A stretch of DNA of 64,000 nt from an uncultured delta proteobacterium (lineage in GTDB: Bacteria > Desulfobacterota > Zymogenia > Zymogenales > Zymogenaceae). Positions 9,712 through 20,607 of the stretch are shown here, piece by piece. The position numbers were made by a program, and so were the translations under genes. The notes beneath the pieces were generated by a model. It was not told where the DNA came from and did not search any database. It was given only the letters and a program-made list of their open reading frames with translations. The stretch's first letter is position 1; every line of letters starts with the position of its first letter. Where the stretch lies: the NCBI GenBank assembly GCA_963735595.1, contig CAVTLK010000004.1, forward strand, positions 320,001 to 384,000, read 5' to 3'.

Positions 9712-11176
9712 ATGCCGAAAAAGACCGAAAAACCGGCCCCCCAATCACCTCTCTCCAAACTCCCCGCGGTGGACAAGCTTCTGTCTCATCCGCACGTCAG
9801 GGAGCTTTCGGAGCGGTTTCCCGCGATGGTGGTCAAACAGGCCGTTCGGGAAGCGGTATCCGACGCCCGCAGGCAGCTCAAGGAACAGCCCGCGTCCGAC
9901 GTGATTGCCGAGCCGGCCCTCCTTTCACTGATCGAGGAGTGGCTGCTGATGTCGATCACGCCGCGGCTCGTGCCGGTTATCAACGCAACCGGGATCATCC
10001 TCCATACCAACCTCGGACGGGCGCCGCTGGCTAACGAGGCGCTCGATCATGTCGCGGCTATCGCCTCGGGCTATTCAAATCTCGAATTTGACCTCGACGA
10101 AGGACGGCGGGGGTCGCGCCGTGACCACCTCTCGTGCGCTGATAACCGAAATCACCGGCGCCCCGGCGTCCGTGGTCGTCAACAACAATGCCGCGGCGGT
10201 CCTTTTGGCGCTCAATACGCTGGCCGATGGTCGGGAGGTAATCGTCTCCCGGGGCGAGCTTGTGGAGATCGGCGGCGCGTTCAGGATTCCCGACGTGATG
10301 GAAAAGAGCGGCGCCCGCCTGCGCGAGGTGGGGGCGACCAACCGGACGAGGCTTTCCGACTACGAACGCGCCATCGGCTCCCAGACGGGGCTGCTGTTGA
10401 AGGTTCATACATCGAACTACCGGATCGTCGGGTTTACCGAGGAGGTCACCGCAGCCGAGCTTGTCGCCCTCGGAAAGCGGTACGACGTGCCGGTCATGGA
10501 GGACCTCGGCAGCGGCTCGATTATCGACCTGACCCCCTGGGGGCTCCCCCACGAGCCGACCGTCCCGGAGGTGGTCTCGTCGGGCGTTGATATTATCACG
10601 TTCTCCGGGGATAAGCTGCTGGGCGGGGGGCAGGCCGGCTTCGTCATCGGGGCGCTCGATTACGTCGAGCGGGTCGCGAAAAACCCCCTGTACCGGGCCA
10701 TGCGCGTCGATAAGATGACGCTGGCCGCTGTCGAATCGACCCTCATGCTGTACCGCGACCCGAACGAGGCCCGGCAAAAGATCCCCGTCGTCAGGATGAT
10801 CACGATGTCCTACGACGAGACGAAGCGGCGTGCGCAGGGCATCGTTCGGCAGCTCAACCGGGAGCCCCACCCGAACCACGACGTCACCACCGTGGACGAC
10901 GTCTCCGGAGTCGGCGGCGGGGCCTTCCCAACTTCCGAACTGCCCGGCCGGGTGGTTACGATCATCCCGCTGGCCGAGAGCCCCGTCAGGCTCGAGGAGC
11001 GCCTGCGCCGGCAACCGGTCCCTATCGTGGCCCGGATTGCCCATGAACGACTGATCCTGGACCCCCGTACAATCACCGACCGCCAGATGCCGGACCTGAT
11101 CCGGGGGACGGCGGCCGCGCTGCGGGGGGAGACGGGATCCCGGCATAGCAACAGACCCGAAAAAGACAGTGTGTGA
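9712..11176 (+). CDS. selA: L-seryl-tRNA(Sec) selenium transferase (selenocysteine synthase); frameshift near 10135
   Basis: LP.VD.LL, VINATGIILHTNLGRAPL, VNNNAAA, SRGELVEIGGAFRIPDVM, KVHTSNY, EDLGSG and the PLP-lysine motif FSGDKLLGG. Confidence 0.95.
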
Positions 11177-11187
11177 GGAGGAGTGCG

Positions 11188-11442
11188 ATGTCCGAAGAGG
11201 TAATGGTTGGAGAGGTCATCAAGTTTTTTGCCAAGCCGTCCGTTGCGGCGATAAAGGTAACCGGCCCCATCAAGGTCGGCGATGAGCTCCATTTCAAGGG
11301 CGCCACGACCGATTTTACCGGGGTGGTGGCCTCGATGCAGATCGATAACGCCGAGGTGACGGACGTCCGGTCGGGGGCGCTGGTAGGGATAAAGATCGCC
11401 GACAAGGTCCGACCGGGGGATCACGTTTTTAAAAAGCCATAG
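11188..11442 (+). CDS. Small stand-alone translation-factor-like beta-barrel protein
   Basis: 84 aa; VGEVIKFFAKPSVAAI...VGDELHFKG.TTDF...V.SMQI...VGIK...VRPGD.V pattern; strong RBS GAGGAGG. Confidence 0.75.
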   Translation: MSEEVMVGEVIKFFAKPSVAAIKVTGPIKVGDELHFKGATTDFTGVVASMQIDNAEVTDVRSGALVGIKIADKVRPGDHVFKKP

Positions 11443-11443
11443 C

Positions 11444-12338
11444 GTGAAGACTATGCTCATCGAAATCAAGGGCCTGCACCACGTGTTTTTCCCGGGGACG
11501 CCCCTTCAAAAGGCCGCGCTGTCGGGGATTGACCTTGCAATCGACCGGGGCGAGTTCATCGCCCTTATCGGCCGGACCGGCTCGGGAAAGACGACGCTGG
11601 CCCTTTCCCTCAACGGGCTGTTGATCCCGACCAAGGGCAGCGTCCGCGTCGGCGACATCGAGGTCAAACCCTCGACAAAGAAGACCGCGCGGCTCCGGGA
11701 TCGGGTGGGGCTGGTCTTCCAGTACCCGGAGCACCAGCTCTTTGAGGAGACGGTCATGGCCGAGATATCGTTCGGCCTCGTGAACCGGGGGGGGCTTTCC
11801 GAAGACGAAATCCGTACCCGGGTCTACGGGGCCGCGCGCCTGGTAAACCTTGACCTCGACCGATTGGCCGACCGCTCGCCGTTTACCCTGTCGGGGGGCG
11901 AGCAGCGCAAGGTCGCCATAGCTTCGATTATCTCCATGGACCCGGATATCCTGGTTTTCGACGAGCCGACCCAGGGGCTGGACTCCCGTTCACGCACCGA
12001 GACGCTGCAGAAATATCAAGGAACTCAACGGCCGGGGAAAGACCGTTATCATCATCTCGCACGACATGGAAGAGATCATCCGGGTGGCCGATCGGATCAT
12101 TATCCTTGACCGGGGTAAAATTGTCCTGGATCGCTCGCCCAAGGCGCTCTTTGACGACCCGAAGGCCCTGAATACGGCGCGGCCGTTTTTGCCCGATGTC
12201 ACCCAGTTATTAATCGGTTTGAAGGAGAAGGGATGGGATATCAAGACAAATACCTATCGTTCGGACCGGGCGCTGAGCGAGATATTGTCCGCCCTCGGCC
12301 CCGACGCGCCGGAAGGGCGCGGGAGGATACGCGCATGA
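11444..12338 (+). CDS. ECF transporter ATPase (EcfA2/CbiO-like); frameshift near 12010
   Basis: GTPLQK.AL, Walker A GRTGSGKT, VFQYPEHQLFEETV, SPFTLSGGEQR, DEPT and SHDMEE. Confidence 0.85.
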
Positions 12339-12933
12339 GCGGCATCCGGCGTCTCTCGTACGTCCTGCTGATATCGGCTGCCGCGATGCTCTGGGGGTGC
12401 CATGCGGCGCCGCCCGAGGGAGAGGGAACGCCCGCGAAGGGCGGCGTTTTCGCCGACGTGATCGCGGCCGTCGAAACGGTCAATACATCCATACCCGATC
12501 CCGGAGAGCGTGACTCCGACGTGCCGCGCGGCGAATGGAAGCTCATCCTGGACGCGCGGCAGCGATTCACGGTGCCCCGCATCGTGTCCGACTACTCCGC
12601 GGAGACCGATTACTACGAACCCGAGGAGGCGGATACGGCGGGCAGTACGGACATGACACGGGGGGACGCACTAGACGTTATCCTTGACGCCGAGTGGGAC
12701 GAGTATACGACGCCTCTCGAACTCGGTTCTTTCCGAGACGGCCGACCCGCAGCTGGTAAAGGTACGCCGAGGAATCGCTCGCGGATTTCTACCGGGACCT
12801 GCCGATCCTGATGGACGCGGTACCGGACACGATGAGGGAGCGGGTGCTCCATATCGTCGTGTTGAGGTATTTCAATACGATCCTGCGGGCGGGGGTGGAC
12901 CCCCGTCTCTATACGCTCATGCAACCCCGCTAA
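12335..12933 (+). CDS. Hypothetical lipoprotein; about two frameshifts near 12730-12765
   Basis: ATGA overlap with the preceding stop; lipobox LWG-C; joined frames end ...RLYTLMQPR-TAA at 12933. Confidence 0.55.
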
Positions 12934-12962
12934 AAAAGGCCGGGGACAATAGGGAGCACGTC

Positions 12963-14726
12963 ATGCGACAAAGAATCCGGATTTCGGCAATCGCCCTGGG
13001 CGTAGTGGTCGCGGTCGCGATGAGCATTACGCTCGTAATGAGCCTCGGGGACGCCCGGGCGGAAGCCCCCGACGAGCTTCTCGGGCTCGTCCCCGAAAAC
13101 GTCGAGTCCCTTATCTATCTGCGCGACCTGAGACAGGGGCTCTCGCCGTTTCTCGGGAGCGACTATTATGACGAGGTGAGCGACCTTTCCGTCTTCGACG
13201 GTCCGTTCAAGAGCGATCTCTCAGCGCCGCTCCTCACAAAACTCGGCGATTTTGAAAAATCGACGGGCATCCGTCCGACACCGCGCCGGGTGTTGTGGAT
13301 GGTCGGCAAACGGGCCATCTTTTTTACCACGAGACTGCCTTCCGGCACGGCCTCGGCGGGGATAATCGAGACGGGATTTCTCAAGCGTCTGGTCATCAGC
13401 GCCGCCTCGATCTTTTCGGGCGGCGTCGCCAAGGAGGACTGGGGGACCTATTCGGTCTGGGTGGTCACGGCCGGCGGCAAGCATATATATTACAAATCGA
13501 CAAAACAATACACGGTCTTTTCCGATTCGGCAGAGCTGTTCAAGAGCCAGTGGGAGATAGTATCGGGAAGCGGTTCCGCCGCGATCACGAATAACCCCCG
13601 TTTCACGGGTCTCCTCTCACGTTTGCCCGGCCAGTACCACATCCTCTACTACTCGACGAGCGTCATGAACCCTGATCCCGAAAAGAAGGGGCTCCGGGCG
13701 CGGATGGTGCGGCTGTTGAAAGGTACGGACGCGGTAGCGGCCACAATATCCTTTACCGAGACGGGGCTTGACGCCTCGGTCCTGGCCCCGTACGGTACGG
13801 CGGAGGACGCTGCCGACCTTATGGCCCTCGGGATGCTTACCGATACGCCGTTGATCGACCTCGGGCAGATCCCGGGGGAAACGGCGGGCCTGATCGTCTT
13901 TCGGGCCTTCGACCCGGGTATCGTCTACACGCACTTTTCAAAGAGCTGGTTCGGGGACGTTACCGAGCGGATCGCCTATATCTCCGTGCTCAAGACGTGG
14001 AAAGAGAAGGGGGGATTCGATCTCGAGGGAGGCATCATCAACAACCTCGGCAGGGGTGCGACGGCGGCGCTCGTCGGCCTCGGCTGGGAGGCCCAAAAGC
14101 CGCACCTGAAGGTGATAGCCTCCGTGGGCGTGAAGCCGGGCGGCGAGGCCGCGCTCGCGGAAAACCTCTCCAAGTTCTTCGCCTATTCGTTTTTCGATGC
14201 CGGCCCCCAGGTCATTACCCTGGATAATGCCACGCTGTCGTACATGGGCGGTTTCCGTGAAAAGAGCATCAATTGGAACGGCTCCGAATATGACGTTTCC
14301 GTAAAGGCAAACCCGGGATTCGGATTCTGGGGAGGGAGGCTTTTTCTGTTCTGGGATCTCTCGGCGGTCCAGCGGCTCGTCGACAACGCCGCGCTCTCGT
14401 CGATGAAGGAGGCGGGAAACCTCTTTGACCGGGACTTCCTCATTAAATCGGCGGCGTTTATCGAGGCCCAAAAGAAGATCCCCGCCGACAATTACGATCT
14501 CTACGGCTATGTTGACGGGAACAACGCGGTCTCGCTCCTGGAGGATTACCTGGTCAATCTCTCGGCCAACTATACCTATTTTCTCTATCAGGATTCGGAA
14601 AAGCGGCTGCTGCCGCTTCTGGAACTGACGCGGCACGCGTTTGTCTCATGTTCCGGGGGCATTAACTTCTCGGGTGACGCCATAGAAGGCACGGTTACGC
14701 TCACGGCAAAAGACCTCGATGAATAG
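12963..14726 (+). CDS. Exported or membrane-anchored protein, probably the YfaA (DUF2138)-like member of the macroglobulin operon
   Basis: N-terminal hydrophobic signal; about 587 aa; lies directly before the DUF1175 and macroglobulin genes. Family assignment is from context only. Confidence 0.55.
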   Translation: MRQRIRISAIALGVVVAVAMSITLVMSLGDARAEAPDELLGLVPENVESLIYLRDLRQGLSPFLGSDYYDEVSDLSVFDGPFKSDLSAPLLTKLGDFEKSTGIRPTPRRVLWMVGKRAIFFTTRLPSGTASAGIIETGFLKRLVISAASIFSGGVAKEDWGTYSVWVVTAGGKHIYYKSTKQYTVFSDSAELFKSQWEIVSGSGSAAITNNPRFTGLLSRLPGQYHILYYSTSVMNPDPEKKGLRARMVRLLKGTDAVAATISFTETGLDASVLAPYGTAEDAADLMALGMLTDTPLIDLGQIPGETAGLIVFRAFDPGIVYTHFSKSWFGDVTERIAYISVLKTWKEKGGFDLEGGIINNLGRGATAALVGLGWEAQKPHLKVIASVGVKPGGEAALAENLSKFFAYSFFDAGPQVITLDNATLSYMGGFREKSINWNGSEYDVSVKANPGFGFWGGRLFLFWDLSAVQRLVDNAALSSMKEAGNLFDRDFLIKSAAFIEAQKKIPADNYDLYGYVDGNNAVSLLEDYLVNLSANYTYFLYQDSEKRLLPLLELTRHAFVSCSGGINFSGDAIEGTVTLTAKDLDE

Positions 14727-15776
14727 GTGGGCCGGGCCGCTCCTGCTGATCGTATCGGCGGTAACGGCCATCTCGTGCGCCCGGCCGACCGATATAACCG
14801 TCACTCCTTCAAAGGAATAGGCTTTCGGCGAACAAGGAAGACACCGTGGAGATCGCCATTAACGCGGTGACGGAGGCCGGAACCCCCGTCCGCAGGTACG
14901 ACGGGCCGGTAACGGTGACCCTTTCCGGCCCCGCGGTGACCATGACGGAGGGCGGGCCGATCCTGTTCCACAATGGGGCGGCGGCGGCGCGTCTTATTTC
15001 GACGTTCGAGACCGGCACCCTTTACGTTACGGCCGAGGTGCCGGGGCTTGACCCCGGACGGGCGACGATCGACGTCGTCGGTGACTACCGGGATCGGGAC
15101 GAGGACGGCTTCCCGGACGTGACCGAGCTCTTCGGGGATACCGACCGGCTCAACTTCAGGCGCTGGTTTTGCGCCGTGGCAGAATCCCAGGTGTTCGAGG
15201 AAAACCGGCGCTGGGATGAGCTCAACCGGGACTGTGCGGGCCTGGTGCGGTTTGCCTATATCGAGGCCCTCAAGCCGCACGACGACGCGTTTTTCGCGTC
15301 GTACGCCACGCTGGTTTCGCCGGCCAGCCCGGACGTGAAGAGGTACGCGTATCCCGACGTGCCGCTCCTGGGAACGGCGGTCTTTCGCACGTCGCCGGGC
15401 GCGTTTACGCCCGACGATATCGGCCTCAACTTTTCTGCGGCGGGCACGGCCGAGGCGCTGCTCCAGTATAACGTCGTCTTTCTGGGACGCACCGAGCGTG
15501 ACGTGCTTCCGGGAGATCTCTTGTTCTTTTTCAACCCGGATAACCCGCGGATGCCGTCCCATACGATGATCTACCTGGGCGAGTGGGGAAGAGAGGCCGA
15601 TGACGACGAGAACGAGGACTGGCTGGTCTACCACACCGGCCCGAGGACGAACGACCGGGGCCAGGTGCGAAAGGTGAGGCTGGCCACGCTCAAGGTAGCA
15701 CCCGGACGAGCGGTGGCGGCCGGTGACGGAAAACGACCATTTTCTCGGATACTATCGGCTCAAGATACTGGATTGA
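14719..15776 (+). CDS. DUF1175 (YfaT-like) lipoprotein with N-terminal Ig-like segment; frameshifts near 14815 and 15697
   Basis: Lipobox AIS-C; FRRWF...AE.Q, RDCAGLVRFAY.EAL, PGDLLFF, SHTMIYLG, YHTG; C-terminal HPD.RWRP...N.HFLG.YRL.IL after frame repair. Confidence 0.8.
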
Positions 15777-15960
15777 AGCCCGTGTCCCCTTTCGAGAGAG
15801 GACGTCGAGAGGGACGTATCACAAAGCGCCGGGGGCGCCGACAGGCGGGGCCTGCCGGTGGTCCTGAGGTACACGGGCAGACTTCGGCTCATCCACGCGG
15901 CCCCTGCGGCCGGTAGCAGTGGATAGATATATAACGGCATACCTATCGACGAGGGAAATC

Positions 15961-18900
15961 ATGAAAAAGTCCCTTATCCTTACCGTCGTGCTTTCTTTGG
16001 CTCTTCCGGCCGTGTCTCGGCGGCTCCTTCGAGCTTTCCACCGACAAGATCTTCGCCCCCGGCGAGCCGGTCTCGGTCACGGTGTCGGCCATGGATATCC
16101 CGACGCTGGATATCCGGCTCTACCGGGTCGACGACCCGAAGTCCTACTTCCTGGGGCTCTGAGGACGTCCACTCGCCGGAGGTCGAGTTACCAGGCGCGG
16201 ACGTATCCTCCCCCTCGGAGATGGTGGGCGCGGTCAAGCGCAAGGCCGGGCGGCTGTTGAGGGACGATTACCGGGGCAAGCTCACCGATAACATCCGCAA
16301 CGACATGGTGTCGGCCCTGGGCCTGCCCCACGCCTCGGAGCCGGACAGCCCCGCCCCCGGAAAGCTACGAGCTCTTCCCGATCCTGAAGCGCTTCAACTT
16401 CCTGAACCGCTGGCAGGAAAACCTCGTTATTTCACGTTCCGGCCAGTGGCAGTATCACACGATTAACCTGAATATCCCCGAGATCGGCTGCTATCTTGTC
16501 GAGGCGGTCTACCAGGACGAGGTGGCCTATACGATGGTGGTGGTTACCCCGATGTCGTTCGTCGTCAAGAATTCGTCCTCCGACAGCCTTATCTACGTGG
16601 CCGACCGCGTGAGCGGAAAGCCGATGCGGGGCGTCAAGGTCTCGGTCTACGACCAGAAGAAAGACCTCCTCTTTAAGGGCACGACCGACTCGGAAGGGAC
16701 CTACTACTCGAAGGTGAAGACGGGCGATTCCAACACGATCTACGTCTTCGCCGAGGACGGCGAGAGCTTCACGCTGGCAGATCCCTATGCCTACTGGTGG
16801 GACGATCGGCCGACGATAAGGTCTATACCTACACCGACCGGCCCGTCTATCGTCCCGGAGACACGGTCTTTTTCCGCTCCATCCTGAGGGAATCGACCGA
16901 CTCGGGGCTCAAGGTCCCCGACCGGGGCGACGACTACCTGGTTATCATCAACGACGCCAAGGGCAACGAGGTCTTCAGGGACGAGCTTCCGATCACCGAA
17001 TACGGGAGCCTGGCCGGCACATTACGTCCTGGGCGGCGAGCCCTCTCTCGGGGAGTACCAGATCGTCGTGGGCCTAAACGGCCAGAATTACTACAGCCGA
17101 TTTAAAGTCGAGGAATACAAGAAGCCGGAGTACGAGGTCAAGGTCAACACGGATAAGGGCGTCTATATCCGGGGCGAGACGATCCGTGCCGATATCGACG
17201 CGGGATACTATTTCGGCAGCCCCGTATCGGAGGCGAAGGTCGACTATACGATTTACCGGTCTGTCTACGAGCGCCCCTGGTGGTGGGGGTACGACTGGGG
17301 CTGGTATTTCATGGACTCCGACTACTACTATGCCCATGATAAGGTCATGGTGGACAGCGGCACGACGGCCCTGGATAACCAGGGTAAGCTCATGCTGACG
17401 GTTGATACATCTCAATATCTCGAATCGGCCGATAAAGATTATATGTTTACCATCGAGGCCTCCGTCACCGATCTCTCCCGCCGAGTGGTCACGACAAGCT
17501 CGGTGGTCAAGGTCGTCCGCTCCTCTTATTCGCTGTAACGGTTCGCCCGGACCGGTGGATCTACGCCCCCGGCGACACGGCGCGCGTGACCGTTACCGTC
17601 TCCGACTTCGACAACAACGGGATCGCCGGCGTCCCGGTACCGTGATCGTACGGTGACCGACTGGAGGACAACGTCGCCCCCGCATCGATGACGCTTACCG
17701 GTATCACCAACGTCGGCGGGGACGCCGTTATTGAATATCCCGTCGAAGACGTGGGCGATCTCACCTTTGTCGCCACGGTCTTCGATAAGGCGGGCAACAG
17801 CACCACCGCCAGGGACAGCTCCTACTCGATTACCGAGGGATATGCCTACGGGGGGGATTCGGGGGGCGGAGTTTCCATCGTCCCCGACAAGCACACCTAT
17901 GCCGTCGGCGATACGGCGCATGTCCTGATCGCAGCGCCGGTTACCGATACGTATCTCCTGGTTACAACCGAGGGGGAGGCGATCTACGACAGCAGGGTCG
18001 TAAAGATCACCGGCGGTTCGACGATGATCGATCTCCCCATCAAGGAGCGGTACGCGCCGAACATCTACATCTCGGTCTCGGCGATCTTTAACGATGAGCT
18101 CTACACCGAGAATAAGAACATCATCATCCCGCCGATCGAGAAATTCGTCACCATCGAGGTTACCTCCAACAAGGCGGTATACGAGCCCCAGGAAAAGGGG
18201 ACCTTCACTATCAAAACGACAGACGACAAGGGCAAACCCGTGACCGCGGAGGTCTCGTTGGGCATCGTCGACGACGCGATCTACGCCATCTCGCCGGAGC
18301 TGGTCGACGAGATACAGAAGTATTTCTATAGCCTCCGCTACCACTCGGTGGATACGTCTTCGTCGCTCTACTTCCGTTTCTACGGGTATTCCCACCGTAA
18401 GGGGCTTTTGGCGGGGCTCCCCGAAAAGGAGACGAAGCTCGCCGACTTCAAGGGGGACAGCCTCGTGGAGCCGGTGATCCGAAAGGATTTCAAGGATACG
18501 ATGTACTGGTCGCCCACCATCACCACCGACAGGGACGGCACGGCCACGATCAGCGTGAGTTTCCCGGATAACCTGACGCGCTGGCGGGCGACGGTGCGGG
18601 GGATTACCGGCGGCGATATGATGGGACAGGTGACCTACACCGTCATCAGCAGGAAGGACCTTCTGGTCAGGATAGAGTCGCCTCGGTTCTTCCGGCAGGG
18701 GGACGACCTGGTGATCTCCACGATCGCCCATAACTATCTCTCCACCGACAAGAACGTCCGATTCACCTTCGAGGCCAAGGGGCTCACGCTCATATCCGGC
18801 AAACCGGTCGACGCAATCGTCCCGAAAAACGGCGAAAAACGGATCGACTGGCACGTCAGGGCCGATCTCGTTGGGGAGGCGACCCTCACGGCCAAGGCGA

Positions 18901-20607
18901 TGACCAACGAGGTCTCCGACGGTATGGAGCTGACTATACCCGTGCTGCCGATGGGCGTCAGGGAGACGAGGAGCGAGGTGGGCGAGATCATCAAGGAATC
19001 GGGCACGATTACCGTAAAGGTGGATAAGCCGGCCTCCACGATAAAGAACGCCGCCGAGCTTGTCCTGACGACAAGCCCCACGCTCGCCAATACGATGCTT
19101 GCCGCCATACCATTTCTGGTCGGCTACCCATACGGCTGAAACGAGCAGGTAATGGCAAGGTTCTTGCCATCAATCATGGTTGGTTCGGTACTGAAGAAGC
19201 TTGATCTGAGCGAAAAGAGCATCGAGAAGGACCTCCCCGACTACATCAACAGCGGGCTCATGGTTCTGTATAAACGGCAGCACGACGACAACGGCTGGGG
19301 GTGGTATGAGTTCGACGAGACCGACCCCTATATGACGGCCTACGTCCTGTACGGCCTCCTGGAGGCAAAACGGATGCTGCCGGAGGCGGGTATCCCCATC
19401 ACGGTCGACGAGGGGGTAATCAAGCGGGGGACGGCCTCTCTCATCACCCAGCTTCCCTCGATAGAGGAGGACTCGGTCAGGGTCTATGCCCTGTACGTCC
19501 TCTCCCACACCGACAAGCTCAAGCTGACCTGGCTTGACGAGATGTTTGAGAAACGGGCCAAGCTCACCTCGATCTCCAAGGCGATGCTGCTATTGGCCTA
19601 CGAGAACAAGGGTGTCGAGGGAAAGGCGAAGGTCCTTTACGACGAGCTGATGAAGGAAAAGGTCGAATCCAACGGAATGGTCCACTGGGGATACACCGGC
19701 GAGCAATTCTACTGGTGGGATTGGGAGGCCGATCCGCTCGAGACGACGGCCTATATGCTCCGGGTCATGGCCAAGCGCGACATAGACAACCCCTTGATCC
19801 CCAAGACGATCCGCTGGCTCATCGTCAACCGAACGGGAAGCTACTGGCGGTCAACCAAGGTCACCGGGAAGATCATCTACGCGCTGACCGATTACCTCAC
19901 CCGGACGGGAGAGACCTCGCCGAATTACACCCTGACCGTTACCCTCAACGGTAAGGATATTAAGAAGAGTAAGATCACCAAGGATACGATGATCTCTGAA
20001 GCGGGATCGATCACGATCCGGGAAGCCGACCTGAAGACCGGGACGAACACGATCGAGTTCAAGAAGGACGGGCCGGGCAGCCTCTATTATTCGTCAGGCT
20101 TTACCTACTACACCGCGGCCGACCGCATCGATCCGAAGAACAACGGGTTCGAGGTGAAACGGAAATATTACCTCCTCAAGCGGGTGGCGAAGAAGGGCGA
20201 GCTGATTTACGCCAAGGAACCCCTGACCGGGCCCGTCACGAGCGGGGACGAGATCCTCGTGGAGCTGACCGTCACCAACGACAAGGACGTGAAATACTTC
20301 CTGCTGGAAGACTACTTCCCGGCCGGGTGCGAGGCCGTTACGGACGATGCGAACTACGTTATCTCCGGCGACGATCTCTACACCGGCGACGCCTACTGGT
20401 GGTACGCGGGCAAGGAATACCGCGACGAGCGGATTGCCCTCTCAATGGAATACTTCGGTAAAGGTACGAAGGTCTTCAAGTATATCCTGAGGGCGCAGAA
20501 TCCCGGCACCTACGGCGTGATGCCCGCCGAGGCATACCTGATGTACTTCCCCGACCGGTCTGGGACGCACGGAGAGCGCGACCATCGTCATTACCGATAC
20601 GAAGTGA
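15961..20607 (+). CDS. Bacterial alpha-2-macroglobulin (about 1550 aa) with an in-frame TGA (putative Sec) at the thioester position; several indels in the 5' third and one near 20565
   Basis: YTDRPVYRPGDTV, FKVEEYKKPEYEV, VSLGIVDDAIYA, RKDFKDTMYW, FPDNLTRWRAT, PRFFRQGD, YPYG-TGA-NEQ, QHDDNGWGWY, YW.STK.T, LEDYFPAGCE and PAEAYLMYFP. Confidence 0.92.
19137..19139 (+). other. In-frame TGA, candidate selenocysteine codon
   Basis: ORFs 17688..19139 and 19152..21230 share a frame (offset 1464 nt); the intervening codons AAC GAG CAG GTA give G-U-N-E-Q-V-M. Confidence 0.8.
19152..19170 (+). promoter_or_regulatory. Bacterial SECIS-like hairpin
   Basis: Perfect 8-bp stem ATGGCAAG/CTTGCCAT with a GTT loop; the stem starts 12 nt and the loop 20 nt after the TGA. 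Confidence 0.75.

Noticed and set aside
14818..14820. TAG early in the DUF1175 gene as a possible pyrrolysine or read-through codon
   Set aside because: The downstream coding sequence is in a different frame, so this is an indel artefact.
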